Shown in pieces: positions 13,778 to 27,233 of a stretch of 64,000 bases of DNA (its first letter is position 1; each line of letters begins with the position of its first letter). The translations under genes were made by a program, and so were the position numbers. The stretch comes from Camelus dromedarius (lineage: Eukaryota): the NCBI RefSeq assembly GCF_036321535.1, contig NC_087437.1:4898001-4962000 (forward strand), written 5' to 3'. The notes under the pieces were generated by a model. That model was not told where the DNA came from. It did no database searches and saw only the letters and a program-made list of their open reading frames with translations.

Positions 13778-14775
13778 CAGTGGTCCTTGAACAACATAGG
13801 TTTGAATTTGCGTGGGTCCACATTTTGCCGATTTTTTTCAGTAAACATGTTGGAAAACATTTTGGAGATCTGTAACAATTTGAAAACTTGCAGACGAACC
13901 ATGTAGTTTAGATACACTGAAAAAACTAAGAAAAAGCCAGGTATGTCATGAATGCACAAAATATATCTAGATACTAGTCTGCCCTTACTCAGACATAAGG
14001 TTAGTGATATTTAATATAAATAATGTTTTAGTTTTCTTACCGTTTTATAACTTTGCTATCAAAGAATTATGTTACTGTACAGGATTCATCTCCCTCTCGT
14101 AATTGGGGAAGCTGTGTTATCAGCCAATCAAAACAGACAAGTGTAAAAAATGTAACAATGTTTCCAATACTACACTACAAATATGACTATAATGTTGTAT
14201 GCCGTAACAATTTCGTGATCATTCCTTCCTCAGTGTACAGGCTAGGCTACCGGGAAACAACTGACTACCAGGCTGCCGTAAAGCAATCATACTGGGGCTT
14301 CTTCAGTATCAGGGCATGAACTGTTATCTCTCTAAATAAATACCAATTTCTTTTTCATAGCTTCTTTTCATTGTTGATGCCCAGTGTTGGTTATAAGCGT
14401 AACATCTAGTGTTCTGTACCATGCAAGACGGTACTGATGCAGGTGGTGACAGCTGGTTCATTCTGTAAGCAGACGCCATAAACTTAACAGTATTGCTGAG
14501 TACTGCACAGCACTGTAAATGTATTGTCTCTTCCTATGGTTTTCTTAATAACATTTTCTTTTCTCTAGCTTACTTTACTATAAAAATACAGTATATATTA
14601 CAAGTATATGCATTATATATGTTAATCAGCTGTTTGTTATCAGTAAGGCTTCTGGTCAACAGTGGGCTATTAGTGGTTAGTTTCAAGTGAGTCAAAAGTT
14701 ATACAAGGATTTTCGGCTGCACAGCGGGGGGTGGGGTCAGTTCCCCTTATCCCCACGTTGCTCAAGGGTCAACTG
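13778..14775 (+). mobile_element. Tigger2-family (TcMar) non-autonomous DNA transposon, about 1 kb
   Basis: Terminal inverted repeats cagtggtccttgaacaaca ... cgttgctcaagggtcaactg followed by TA. Confidence 0.85.
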
Positions 14776-15689
14776 TATTTAAGAACCAGAGACTCTGCAG
14801 AGGTATGAATTGTCTAAACTCCTAAGCTTCTGAAAACACTTAACAAGAAAATGTATACCAGAAAACTCACCAGTGAATATATAATAATCAGCTACATTTT
14901 AAACAATATAATGAGCTAATTGTGCTGGTTAAACTAAAAAGAAAAAACATTTCATCTCAAATCATATACCTTACACACAGCAAGGGACGCTGTACAAATC
15001 CTAATCTCTTCAGAACAACAAATGTGATCCAAACTTTTTAAAGGTCAGAGCAATGAAATGGATGGTCAATAAAAATTTGCTGGCCTGAATTTATCAAACT
15101 CACAGACAAAACTCACAAGATAGATAAAAATTAGTCAAGTAGTAGCGCAATTCAAAATCTACAGGAACTTGAAATGTTTAGTTTTTGACACAATCACTTT
15201 GGATGACAGCAGACAGGGAGATTTTACATGACTTCTCCCTCATCTCGGTAAAAGGACACAGTTATGAATATATTCTGGGGAAGGGAAAGGAAGGCAGGGA
15301 AAAGGGAGAAAAGTTATTCTCTTAGTTCAACATATTAGTGAGATTTTAAAAGCAACACCATCTTTTAAAACAAAAAATTGATGTTTACAATTAGTGTTTT
15401 AACTGTATCCTGTGTAATTTTAAAGTACAGAAAAACACCAATTTATAATGGTTTCAAAAATAAAGAACATTTACTCTCACACAGAGGAGGGCCGAAGCTA
15501 GCTGATTCAGCAACTCAAGCACATCATCCAGGTACCTCTCAGAAAATCCTACGTTTCCACTTTGCTGCCAACCACAACCATGTTATAACTACAACGTAAA
15601 GGCTCGTCCCAAGCTAGTTCACCCCAAACAATGTCCAGCGGAAGACATCTTTCCCTGTGTGTCTATTTTAACTAATTAACTAATTAATT

Positions 15690-18390
15690 AATGAAATTTG
15701 AAAAGAGCAGTTTTAGGTTTAGAGCAACAGTGAGGGTAGAGTCTAGAGATCTCCCACGTACCTTCTGCCCTACACATGCACAGCACATTTGTTACACTGA
15801 CGAACCTGCTCTGACGCATCATGATCACTCTAGTCCAGAGCCTCAGGGTTCACCCTTGGTGCTGTAAGTTCTATGGGCTGGGACAGACGTTTAATGACAC
15901 ATATCCACCATTATGATATCACAGAGTATTTTCAGTGCCCTAAAAATTCTATGTGCTTTGTCCATTCAGCTCCACCCGCCACCAACCCCTCATATTTTTA
16001 CTGTCTCCATAGTTTTAACTTTTCCAGAATGTCATACAGGTGGAATCATACAGTATGTAGCCTTTTCAGACTGGTTTCTTTCACTTAGTAATATGCACTT
16101 AAGGTTCTTCCATGTCTTTTCACGGCTTGATAGCTCATTCTTTTTAGTGCTGAATAATATTCCATTGTCTGAAGCGCCACAGTGTAGTTATCCATCCACC
16201 CGCTGAAGGACATCTTCGTTGCTTCCAAGTTTTGGAACTTAGGAATGAAGTGGCTATAAACATCCATGTTTAGGTGCTTGTGTGGACATAGTTTTTGACT
16301 CATTTGGGTAAATATGGTGACTGGATCATATGCTAAGAGTATGGTTAGTTCTTTTAAAAACTGCCAGTCTCTGCCTTTGACCCCAGAAGATCTCCACGTC
16401 CTTGAGCCACCACTGTTTGTCTCTTCTACAGGTACCAAATACAGTTTCTTCATCAAAAGACAGAGAGACAGAGAGAAGCAGACAGACAGACAGCGAGAAA
16501 CTGCCAAACTGTCTTCCAAAGTGGCTGCACCATTTTGCATTTCAATGACCGAGCAATGACTGAGAGTTCCTGCTGCCCCACGTCCTCACCAGAACTAAGT
16601 ATTGTCAGTGTTCCTGATTTTGGCCATTCTAATAAGTATGCAGTGGGATCTCATTCTTGTTTTAACTTGCATTTCCCTGAATGAAAGGTGAAGCGGATAA
16701 AGTCTTTGGCTCATTTTCAAATTGGGTTGATTGTTTTCCTACTGTTGAGTTTTCAGCGTTCTTTGCATATTTTGGTTAACAGTTATTTACCAGATTTATC
16801 TTTTTGCAAATATATTCTCCTGTACTGTGGCCTGTCTTTTCATTCTCTTAACATTGTCTTTCACAAAGCATAGGTTTTTAATTTTAGTGAAGTCAAGCTT
16901 ATTAACTCTTTCAAGGATTGTGCCTTGAATACACAGATATACAAGGACAGTGTATGTCTAAAAAGACACTGACATACACAAGATTCACAAGATCATCTAG
17001 CTTTTCTCCTATTATTGTGTTCTAGGAATTTTATAGTTCTGAACAATTCTTTCAGGTGTGTGACCCATTTGGAGTTACTTTTTGTTAAGGGTGAAAGGTT
17101 TTTCTAGACCTTATTTATAAATATTTATTGACTGACTGATCGATTGATTGCAGGAGGATGTTCACTTGCTCCAGTGCTACTTACTGAAAAGACTACTTCA
17201 CTGTACTGCCTTCGCGCTTCCGTCAAAGCTCAACTGATTATATTTATGCGGGTCTATTTCTGGGCTGTCTGTTCTGTTCCACTGATTTATTTATCTGTTC
17301 TTTCACCTTTACCACATTTCCTGGATTACTGAAGCTTTACACTAAGACCTGAAGTTGATAGTGTCAGTTCTTGAAGTTTGACCTTCTCCTTCAATATTGT
17401 GTTGGCTATTTTAGGTCTTTTACTTCTCCATACAAACTTTTGAATCATTCAGTAGACACCCACAGAGTAACCTGCTGGGACACTGGCTGGGTTTGCACTG
17501 ACTCTACAGATCAAGCGAGAAAGAACTGACATTTTGACAGTGTTGAGTCTTCCTAACCATGGACACAGAATATCTATTTATTTAGTTCTTTGATTGCATT
17601 CACCAGAGTTTTACAGTTTTCCTCATATAGCTCCTGTATACGTTGTTGTGTTTATAACTAAGTATTTCATTTTGGGTGCTAATGTAAATGGTACTGTGTT
17701 GTTAACTTCAAATTCCGCTTGTGCATTGCTACTATACAGGAAAGCAACTGGAGTTATGTAAATTAACCTTGTAATAACAGCTTATTAGTTTCAGGAGGTT
17801 TTTGGTCCATTCTTTTAGATTTCCTACCTAGATGATCATAGTATCTGTGACAGCTCCTTTCAGGACATTTTTCTTGGATGCTCTGCAGTTTGTAAAATGG
17901 TATGTCTAGGTAGAGTTTTTGTTTGCTTGTTTTTCACATTTATCATGCTTGGCGTTCTCTGGGCTTCCTGGATCTCTGGTTTGTTGTCCTGCCATTAATT
18001 TGGGGAAATTCTCACTCATTACTGTTTCAAATATTTTCCTGTTCCTTTCCTCTTTCTTCTCCTTTGGATAGTCCTTACAAGAGTGTTACACCTTTGTAGC
18101 CATCCCACAATCCTTGGATATTCTGTCCTCTGTTTCAGTCTTTGTTCTTTGCTTTTTGGTTTTGAGGGTTCTAGTCAGATACCCTCAAGCTCAGAGACTG
18201 TCTGCTCAGCTGTGTGCAGTCTGCCAAGAAGCCCATCAAAGGCACTCTTCATTTTTCTGTTAGTGTTTTTGATTTGTAGCATTTCTTTTTGGTTCTTTCT
18301 TAGGATTTCTATCTCTCTTCAAATTCTGTTTTTTTGCCCTTTCATATGTCTTATAATTTTTTCTTGATAGCCAGACACGATGTACTGAGA
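15690..18390 (-). mobile_element. Old L1 (L1MC-like 3' end) with ORF2 fragments joined by deletion to an ORF1-like fragment
   Basis: gagcagttttaggttt... 3' end, TMEYYSALK motif, and ORF1-like sequence at about 17870-18390. Confidence 0.8.
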
Positions 18391-18904
18391 AACCAGGTGT
18401 CCTGCAATGTGTGGAGAGGTGTGAGGGGAGGTGCAGTGGGGGCCCCTGCTCTGTGAACCACACGAGTGCTTCTCGGTCGCAGTTTTCCTGGGATGAGGTG
18501 GGGGATAAGTCATCCCCACAAAATCAGAGCTCTGCCCACGACACAAAGAGGAAAGTGAACAAACACTCAGAAGCCACAGTTCCTGCCACTTCGTGTCTTA
18601 CAGAGCCTTTGATATGCTTTTTTCTTCCCAGGTACTTGAGTGTTGTGGACGACGCGGTATGAGGGAGATATCAAAACAAAGCAAGACACCTATTCAAGAA
18701 GAAATTTAAATCAATTTTGTTACTATCCACTGAAAAGAAAAATGTAAAAGAAAATGGAATCACTAAATGGATTCTAAGCTAAAATCTGCTGAAGCCTCCC
18801 CTCTTCCCCCTAAATTGCTGTGAAATAACCTAGGCTTCAGTGATATAATTCATAAAGCACACAGAACAGTTTACAGAGATGTCAAAAATAATATATTAGG
18901 AACA

Positions 18905-19050
18905 GAAATAGCCTTAGAGATCATCTTGCTCAATCACCTCATTTTACAAATGAGGAAAGCAGGGCTCAGAGAGGCTGACTGTGTAAGGACACACAGGTTA
19001 GAGTCTAGTTTGTGTGACTTGCAAGTCAAAGTCCCTCTTCACTTCCTTAC
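18905..19050 (-). mobile_element. MIR SINE remnant
   Basis: ctcattttacaaatgaggaaagcagggctcagagagg (MIR core). Confidence 0.65.
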
Positions 19051-22000
19051 CCTTTAAACAAGTTAACAGCAACAGTGCAGCAGCCATAATTCTTTATGTG
19101 TTTGTGTTCAGCTGTAACTATCTGGATATATGTTAGATTTTAGAAAATAGTACCTCTTTAAAAATCACAGCAGTTAACAAAGGATTCATCACCCTCCTAA
19201 CCTGCAGAAGCATGGTCCCACTTTAGAAAAATTTTCTACAGCATGACAATCTTAATGTTCTTTTTGACAGCCCTCTACTTAGGATAATTACTATTAAGTG
19301 AAACTTATAGTACAAAGTCTACAAAGAGGAGAGACTTTCATTTCTTAGGAGAGAATCGCATAAAGCAGGAGACTATCATAAGATAAATCATTTAAACACA
19401 AAAATACCACATTGTCTACTAGACAGTACATGTAACTGAAAGACGTACACATGTAAACCAATTATTAACATTTTCAGTTTCTGACTAGTAAACAAGGAAG
19501 ATACATGTAACAAGTAACTTCACTGATCATCCTTCCTGATGGAGCTTACCTTGGGGACTAAGTGTTAGTACTGTGGAGTGGCAAAAGGGGGAAGGCTCCA
19601 CTCATAAACAAATACTAAACAAGGTGACCCAAACATGTCCTCACTCAGCTTTAAATACTAATCCTCAGCACAAGATAACATTTTATACAGTAACAGCAGA
19701 TTGAGGAAAAGAAATCTATATTCAACATTGGAGAATTACACATATTATAACCTTAACATTAATTTAGAGTAGGACTAAAAAAAATCAAGAGTCAGATTAC
19801 CGAGCTACAATTGGTGGGGGTGCTTCACCTTGAACTTGAAATATGCCAGTTAAATCACCAGCTATACTAGAAAGATGTGATCTCATCTCAAAGCCCATGC
19901 ATAACTCCAGCAGGCTGGGTGTATACAAACACGGCTATTTGTGGTGGGTAGGGATCAATGTGGCTCTGTAAATACCACACACAGAAACCTTTCTGGGGCG
20001 TGGGAAACAAAATGACCCGTTTTATTACATTGTGAAAATGTTTTAAAGTCACGTTGATGTTGCAATATGAGACTCCAGCGATTTTATGGAACTTATGACT
20101 TCTTTCATTTAGCAGCTGAATCAAAAGGAGGATTTCCCCCTTAGTTATGTATCAAGAGCTGTCAATACCTTTAAAAACAAGACCCTTGTATCTGGAAGAT
20201 TTTCAGTATGACTATTTCTGTATTTAATACAATACCAGTTGGGACAACATCAAAGGTTAACGTTTGTGTCAGTGGAGTCTCAGGAGAGGAGAAAGAAACT
20301 GGTTCAGAAAAAATTTTTTTGAAGAAATAACAGCTAGAAATTTCCCAATTTTGGTAAGACATAAATTTATACATTCAGTAAGTTTAGTGAACTAAATAGG
20401 AATAATAAAAAGAAAACCATACCCACCATAATCAAACTGTCAAAACCCAAAGATAAAGGGGAAAATCATTTTTCTCAGATTGCTTTAAAGACAAGTTACA
20501 TACAAAAGAAACACTCAAATGACTAGGTTTTTTTTATCATAAACTGTGGAGGTCAGAAGACTGAAGGAAAAAAAAAAAAAAAACCCAGCAAGTAAGAATT
20601 CTGTACCACATGAAAATATCCTTTAGAAGTGAAGGCAAAATAAAACCATTCTCCGATAAAAGAAAGCTAAAGGAAATGAACTCCTAGCCAACTTGGTCTA
20701 CAAGAAATGCTAAAGGATAAAGGAGGTTTTTTCATGCTGAAGGGAAATGATACTAGAGGGAAAGAGATCAAGAATGAAGGAAACACAATAACTGAAAACA
20801 AAAATGTCTAATGTTCCTGTGAAGGAGTGCAGTGTATTACATGTATTACACAGCAACTCTAACACAAAGAGGGGCAAGTAAGGGCTTCTGGGTTTTAACT
20901 TTATGTGATTAAAATATTAACTCTAAGTAGACTGTGAAAGGATATGTATTTATGTTGTAACTCCTAGAGCAACTATTAAGAAAATAATAAACATAGATAC
21001 GGTCAAAATGCCAGTAAGAAGACAAAAATAGTACTAAATATATCCAAATAATCCAAAAGAAAGAAAGAAAGACAAAGGAGCAAAAGTTAGAAAGCACAAA
21101 CAAAAATAATAGAACAGTGGGCCTAAATCCAACCTTATCAATAAACATTATTAAATGTAAAGGTCTAAACACAATAATTAAAAGACACAGATCATCATTC
21201 TGGATATAAAAATAATACCTAATAATACACTGTCTGTAAGAAACCATTTAAAACACAATAATATAATTATGCTACAAGTTAAAAAGATGTTAAAAGATGT
21301 ACCATTCAAACAGTAATGAAAAGACAGCTAAAATATCTGTATTAGTAATATCAGAGAAAGAATTCAGAAAATGGAAAATAACCAGGGATGAAAATGAACA
21401 TTCCATAAAGGCAAAAGGGTCAATTCATTAAAAAAAATTGACAATACTAATGTGTACATACGTCTATGGAAGCAAAAAATGATAAAAAATGAAGGGAGAA
21501 CTAGATAATCTACGATTATAAGAAACTGCAGTATGCCTCTCCCAGTGCCCAAAAGAACAAGTAAACAGGACAATAAGCAAAAGTATGGATGACTGAACAT
21601 TATCCATCAACTGAACCTAAGTGATCTTTACAGAAACACTTGACCTAAGAACAAAAGAACAGACATTATTTTCAACTGCACTTGAAACATTCATCACAGT
21701 AGGCCGTATTCTGGACCCAAGAGCATACCTTAACACATTGAAATAAACTGAAACTACACCAAGTATGCATTCTGGCCGTAACAGAATTAAAGCAGAACTC
21801 AGTAACAGAAAGATGCTTGGAAAATTCCTAAGTATTTGGATATCAAAGTATATGCTTTGATAATAAAGTAGAATAAAAGTAGAAAACTAATTTTAAATAA
21901 CCCTTGTAAAGAGGAAATCTCAAGGGACATTAGAAAATATTTTGAAATGAATGAAAATGAAAATATATAGAAAAATTTGTGATATGAAGTCAAAACAGTA

Positions 22001-24605
22001 TTCAGAGGGCAATCTACATATTAAATATTTCTATTTATAAAAGAAGTTCTCAAATTAATAATCTGTCATTTAAACTAGAACAAGAATAAAATAACCGCAA
22101 AGCAAGCAGAAGGACAAAAACGACAGAGTAGAATTCAATGAAGGTAAAAATAGAAAAATAATAGAGAAAATTAATTAATCCCAAAACTGGTTCTTTGAAA
22201 AGATCACTAAAATAGATAATCCTCTAGCAAGAATGACAAAAGAAGAAAGACAGAACCAGTATTAGGAATCAAAGAGGAGATTATCAGCACATACCTCAGA
22301 GACATTAAAAAGATTAAGGGAATATTATGAAAAATTTTATGCATATAAATCCTGTAATCAAGAGAAAAACAGGTAGCCCAGATAGTCCTACACCTTTTAA
22401 AGAAATTGAACTCATAGGTAAAAACCATTCCAAGAAAACTTCAAACCCAGACACTGTCAATGGTAAACTGCACTAAACATTTCAGGAAGAAGTAACACCA
22501 ATCTGCACATCATCTAGAATGCAGAAGAAGAGGGAATGCTTCCCACTTTATGAAGCCAACATGTTATTACCCTGACACCAAAGCCAGGCAAAGATATCAC
22601 AAGAAAACTGCAGACCAATACGGCTCATCGGCATAGACAGAAATATCCTCTACTGATACACATCAGCAAACTGACTCCAGCAACACGTGAACAGAATACC
22701 AGATCACAACCAAGTAGGGCTTGTTCTGGGATCATAAGCCTCCTTCAAACAGAACCAACCAATGTAATTCAACATATTTAGACCAAATGAGAAAAAAATC
22801 AAATCATATGATCATCACATTTAACAAAACAACATCTTTTCTTGATTAAAAAAAACTCTCAGCAGACTGGGAATAAAGGGGAATTTCCTTAGCTGGATAA
22901 AGGGTATTTACAAGTTACAGCTAGTATCCTATTTAATGTTAAAAGACTGAAGGCTTTCCTTCTAAGAGCAGGAACAAGGCAAGTTTGTCTGCTTTCATCA
23001 CTTCTATTCATTCTCATGCTGGAAGTTCTAGTCAGTAAAGTAAGTCAAAGGAAAGAAATAAAAGGCATATAGATTGCAAAAGAAGGAATAAAACTATCAC
23101 CATTCATAGATAGGTTTTCATTTACAGAGAAAATCCCAAAGAATCTATATTTTTAAAAAATCCTAGAATGAGTTTAGAAAAGTTGCCGAATGCAAGGTCA
23201 ACATACAAAAGCAACCAGCTGTATTTCTATATACTAGCAACCAGAAATCAAAATTTTAAAAACTGTACATTTACAATATAAAAGGATGAAAGAAAGAAAA
23301 GAGACATGCTTGGGTATGAATCTAACAAAACTTTGCAAGATTTGTGTGCTGAAAAGTACAAAACACTCACGAAAGAAATCAAAATCCCATCAGGACTCAC
23401 AGTGGATATTAACAACCTAAAATTTATGTGGATAGTCAAAGACATGAAAAATAGCCAAAGCAATTCTGAAAGATCAGAACATGATTGGGGATCTTACACT
23501 GTGTGATTTCAAGAATTATTATAAAGCTGCAGTAATCAAGGCAGTGTGGTATGAAAAAGAGAAGATATAATCAAAATAAAGAGTCCAGAGATCAACCCCA
23601 CAAATATGATCAGCTGATTTTGGATAAAAGTACAAAATCAACTGAATGGAGATAACAATCTTTTCAACAAATGATCCTGGATATCCGCGTGCCAAAAAAC
23701 GAATGTCGATCTACACGTAACACCTAACACAAACATTAAAGGATCATAGACATAACTGCCACATGCAAAATCTTGAAGCTTCTAGAATAAAAGGTAGGAC
23801 AAAATAGGCAAGTTAGGCAAAGAGTTCTTGGATAGGAAAACAAAAGCATAATCCATGAAACTGATACATTAAGCTTCACCCAAATGGAAAACGTTTGCTG
23901 TGAGGAAGACAGTTAAGGGGATAAAAGACAAGGCATACACTGGGAGAAAACACTGGCAAATCACATACCTAACAGACAACTCGCATTCATAATATATAAA
24001 GGACTTCCAAAATTCAAAAGTAAGAAAACAGTTCAATAAAATATGGGCAATTAAATTGTGTTGGGACAATTTAGTACCCATTTTGAAAAAGGGGGGAAGA
24101 AACCCCACTACCTCACTTCATATGCCTACTTTAACTACCAGTATATTATAAAGCTGAATTTAAAAAGCATAATGATAAAGCCCTCAGAAACAAATATATT
24201 ATTTTCATGACTCAGGTGAACAAAAGACTTCTTAAGGTATCAAAAGCTCAAAAGCATTAACAATAAAGGGAAACATTGAAAAACTTGGCCATGTTAAAAT
24301 GAAGACCTCATGTTCAATGACAGTGAAAAGGCAAACTGGAATGGGAGGAGATATTTGCAACACATATGGCTCACAAAGGGTTCCTATCCAGAATATAAAA
24401 AGAACTACTGCGAATTAATTAGGAAAGAGAGAAAAATCAAATGAAAAATGGGCAAGAGATTTAACAGGTACTTCATGAAAGAGGTTGCATGAATATCTAA
24501 TAAACATATAAAAAGGTACTTGACATAGTTATCAAAAAAACCTCAAACTTTACCAATAATGAGATACCACCACATACCACAGAATGACTAAATAAAGTAT
24601 GCCAA

Positions 24606-24710
24606 GGAAGGTATAGCTCAAGTGGTGGAGCGTGTGCTTAGCATGCACAAGGTCCTGGGTTCAATCCCTAGTACCTCCATTAAAAAATAATATTAAATTT
24701 TAAAAAAGGG
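24606..24710 (+). mobile_element. tRNA-Ala(AGC)-derived SINE (vic-1-like)
   Basis: ggaaggtatagctcaagtggtggagcgtgtgcttagcatgcacaaggtcctgggttcaatccctagtacctcca followed by an A-rich tail. Confidence 0.85.
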
Positions 24711-24830
24711 AAAGATATCAAATATATGTATGTCTATGCATGACTAGGACATTGTGCTGTATACCAGAAATTGACACATTGTAACTCATGGTACTTCAAT
24801 TAAAAAACAAAACAAAACAAAACAAAAAAA
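24711..24830 (+). mobile_element. Young L1 3'-terminal fragment
   Basis: tgcatgactaggacattgtgctgtataccagaaattgacacattgtaact... then an (AAAAC)n tail. The same motif occurs at 41270-41403 and at the end of the 43.7-44.7 kb L1. Confidence 0.8.
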
Positions 24831-27233
24831 CTACACCAAGAATGTGGTCCAAGGATGTGGACCAACAAGAACTCTCATACCGTGCTGACGAGTGTAAACT
24901 GTGTAATACGGCATTCCCTACCAAATTGAATATGCAAGCTTTACAGGCCACAGATTCTATGCCTAGGTGTACCCCTTACAGAAATGCATGGTAACGTGCA
25001 ACAGAAGACATGCTTAAGAATAGCTGCATTGCTCACAACAGGCAAAAACTGGAAACAACCCAACTATCCATCAGTAGCAGACTATGGATAAACTGAGGCG
25101 TATGCATTCAGCGGAGCACTATGAATAATCTTTAGCAACATGTAACACAGGGCAATTTTTAAAATAAGATAGTTTGTGTAAAAGAACCCAGGCCCAGAAG
25201 AATACACGTTGTATGAGTCATTTAATTAAATATGAAAAATTAAATTATACTGCTTAGGGAGGAATAATTAGGTGGCAAAATTATAAAAGAAAACTAAGAA
25301 AGAGACTATAATAAAAGTCAGATTACTGGGTACACTGTGGGGTGGGAGGAAAGTTCTGATCACAAAGTAGGGACAAGGGGCACTTGAGAGGTGCTAGCAA
25401 TGTTCTGTTTTTTCACCTGAGTGGTAGTTACATTTAAATAATTCATCATAGTCTATATTTGCTTTTTATATTTTAAGTGAGTTATATTTCACAATTTTAA
25501 AAAGATTAAAAGGAGGAGAAAAAAGGTCAGACACGAGTGTTTAATCATTCTTTCAAAATACAATTAAAACACATTTGAACTAAGAGCAAAAGTGTATCAA
25601 AAAACTGGCAGAAGACACAGGCTCTGACAGGATATTTCAGTTTAAGAAAAGTAGCTTCCTTTGTTGGTTTGTCAAGTTTCATTCTCCTGAACTAACGTTC
25701 AAAACGAAAATGAAAGCCACCTGAAAGCTGGAAAAGAAAGATATTCACCATTACACCTGTGCCCTTCCCACAAACCACTAATTTGTGTCTACAACGGAAT
25801 TAAGAATAAAAATAGAAATTTTATTACCAGAAATTTGTGTAAGGCAATCTTAAAACACTCAAAAAATATAATCTATTTTCTGTGTAAACAAAAGCCAAGC
25901 ACCCTCACTCTGCATATCTATCTTGCAAACTAATGATAAAAACTTGACATACAGCATTTTGTAACTAATTTTTTTCTCGTATACAAAGACAAATATGTTC
26001 TAAAACGAATAAATTTATTTGTTGAGTTTGTACAAGAGACTGTGCTTCAAGTCACTTGAATAAGGAATATTCAAACCACTGATTCTCTAGAAAAGCTACT
26101 GAGAAAAAAATGGTACATTATCAGTTTAAAATATTTATATAATTTACATATTTTACTCAATAAGTAATTACAGTAAGGTAAAAAAAAATCTCAAGGTTCC
26201 ATCACTGTAATTTTACTAAAAATGTGTATTTAGTAATTAGTCTACTCTTAATTAAATCATTCACTTTCACAGTAGATAATCTAAAATATTTTATATTTTA
26301 TTTATGAATACATGATCTGAGATGGGATAAGACGAGAAGTTTCCTTTCCCAAATCTGACTCTGGCTATTACAAGTACTTTGATTTATACAAAATGACCAA
26401 CGTCTCAGCTATTTAGACTTGTTTACATGTGTCACTGTTTTGGCAGCAGGATCTGAATGAAAACTAAACTGCGAGTTATCTAAAAACTCTACCCTTGGCT
26501 CGCTAGGCAGTTCTTAATAGAGAATGACACCACAGAGTTCCCTCTTCACCTGGGACATTTCTAGTATTTCCTGTGTTGCTTTTGTGCCATGTTCGACAAT
26601 CCTGCAAACCTCATTTTTACTTCCTGATACCGAGCTAGACTTGTAATACCGCAGCAAAGCTGCTCTCGGGGTTGTCGGGGAAACCCCAACGCTAAGAACT
26701 TTATTAAACGCCTTCTCAAAGAACCAACTTCTGTTCCTAGACACTGAGGGAGAGATGGGAGTCGGGTCCCTTAGCAGAGACCAGGGCAGAGCAGGTCCGT
26801 CTCCAGCTGTCCCTTGCAAGGCCGTGCTCTGACAGCCCATCTACAGCACACAGCAAATGACGAAGTCACTGTCTCATAAGAGAGCTCTCCCTGTGTGGGC
26901 TTGCACTTCAAGTACACATGCTTTGTTGGTTTGTTTGTTTTTTTTAAGAATTCACCCTTCCTATGTCAAAATGATTTGAACTGTCTAAACAAGTACTGAT
27001 GAGACTGCAAGGCAAAATGTGGCAAAAGCCAGTTGAGGTTAATTGCACTGGGGCAACTGACAGGAGACTGCTCCACCCACCAAAACACAATCAGCACACC
27101 CCCAACACAAATGAAAACAAAACCACCCACAACCAACCAGCCAAACACTTTAGACCATAAACTTGCTAAAGTCAGAGACCATGTCTTATTTTTATTCATT
27201 CACTTCTAACACTTTATAAATGGCCGTTGCTTA

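Larger units (their letters stand above)
20230..25520 (+). mobile_element. Old L1 (ORF1 end, decayed ORF2, 3' UTR), probably two juxtaposed or nested copies, interrupted by the SINE/L1 insert at 24.6-24.8 kb
   Basis: Continuous A-rich L1-like sequence with endonuclease and RT remnants. The ORF2 3' segment appears twice (about 23.7-24.05 kb and about 24.1-24.6 kb). Confidence 0.85.

Noticed and set aside
24606..24679. Possible functional tRNA-Ala(AGC) genes here and at 3428-3503 and 47494-47570
   Set aside because: Stem mismatches, A-rich or microsatellite tails and TSDs show these are SINE copies.
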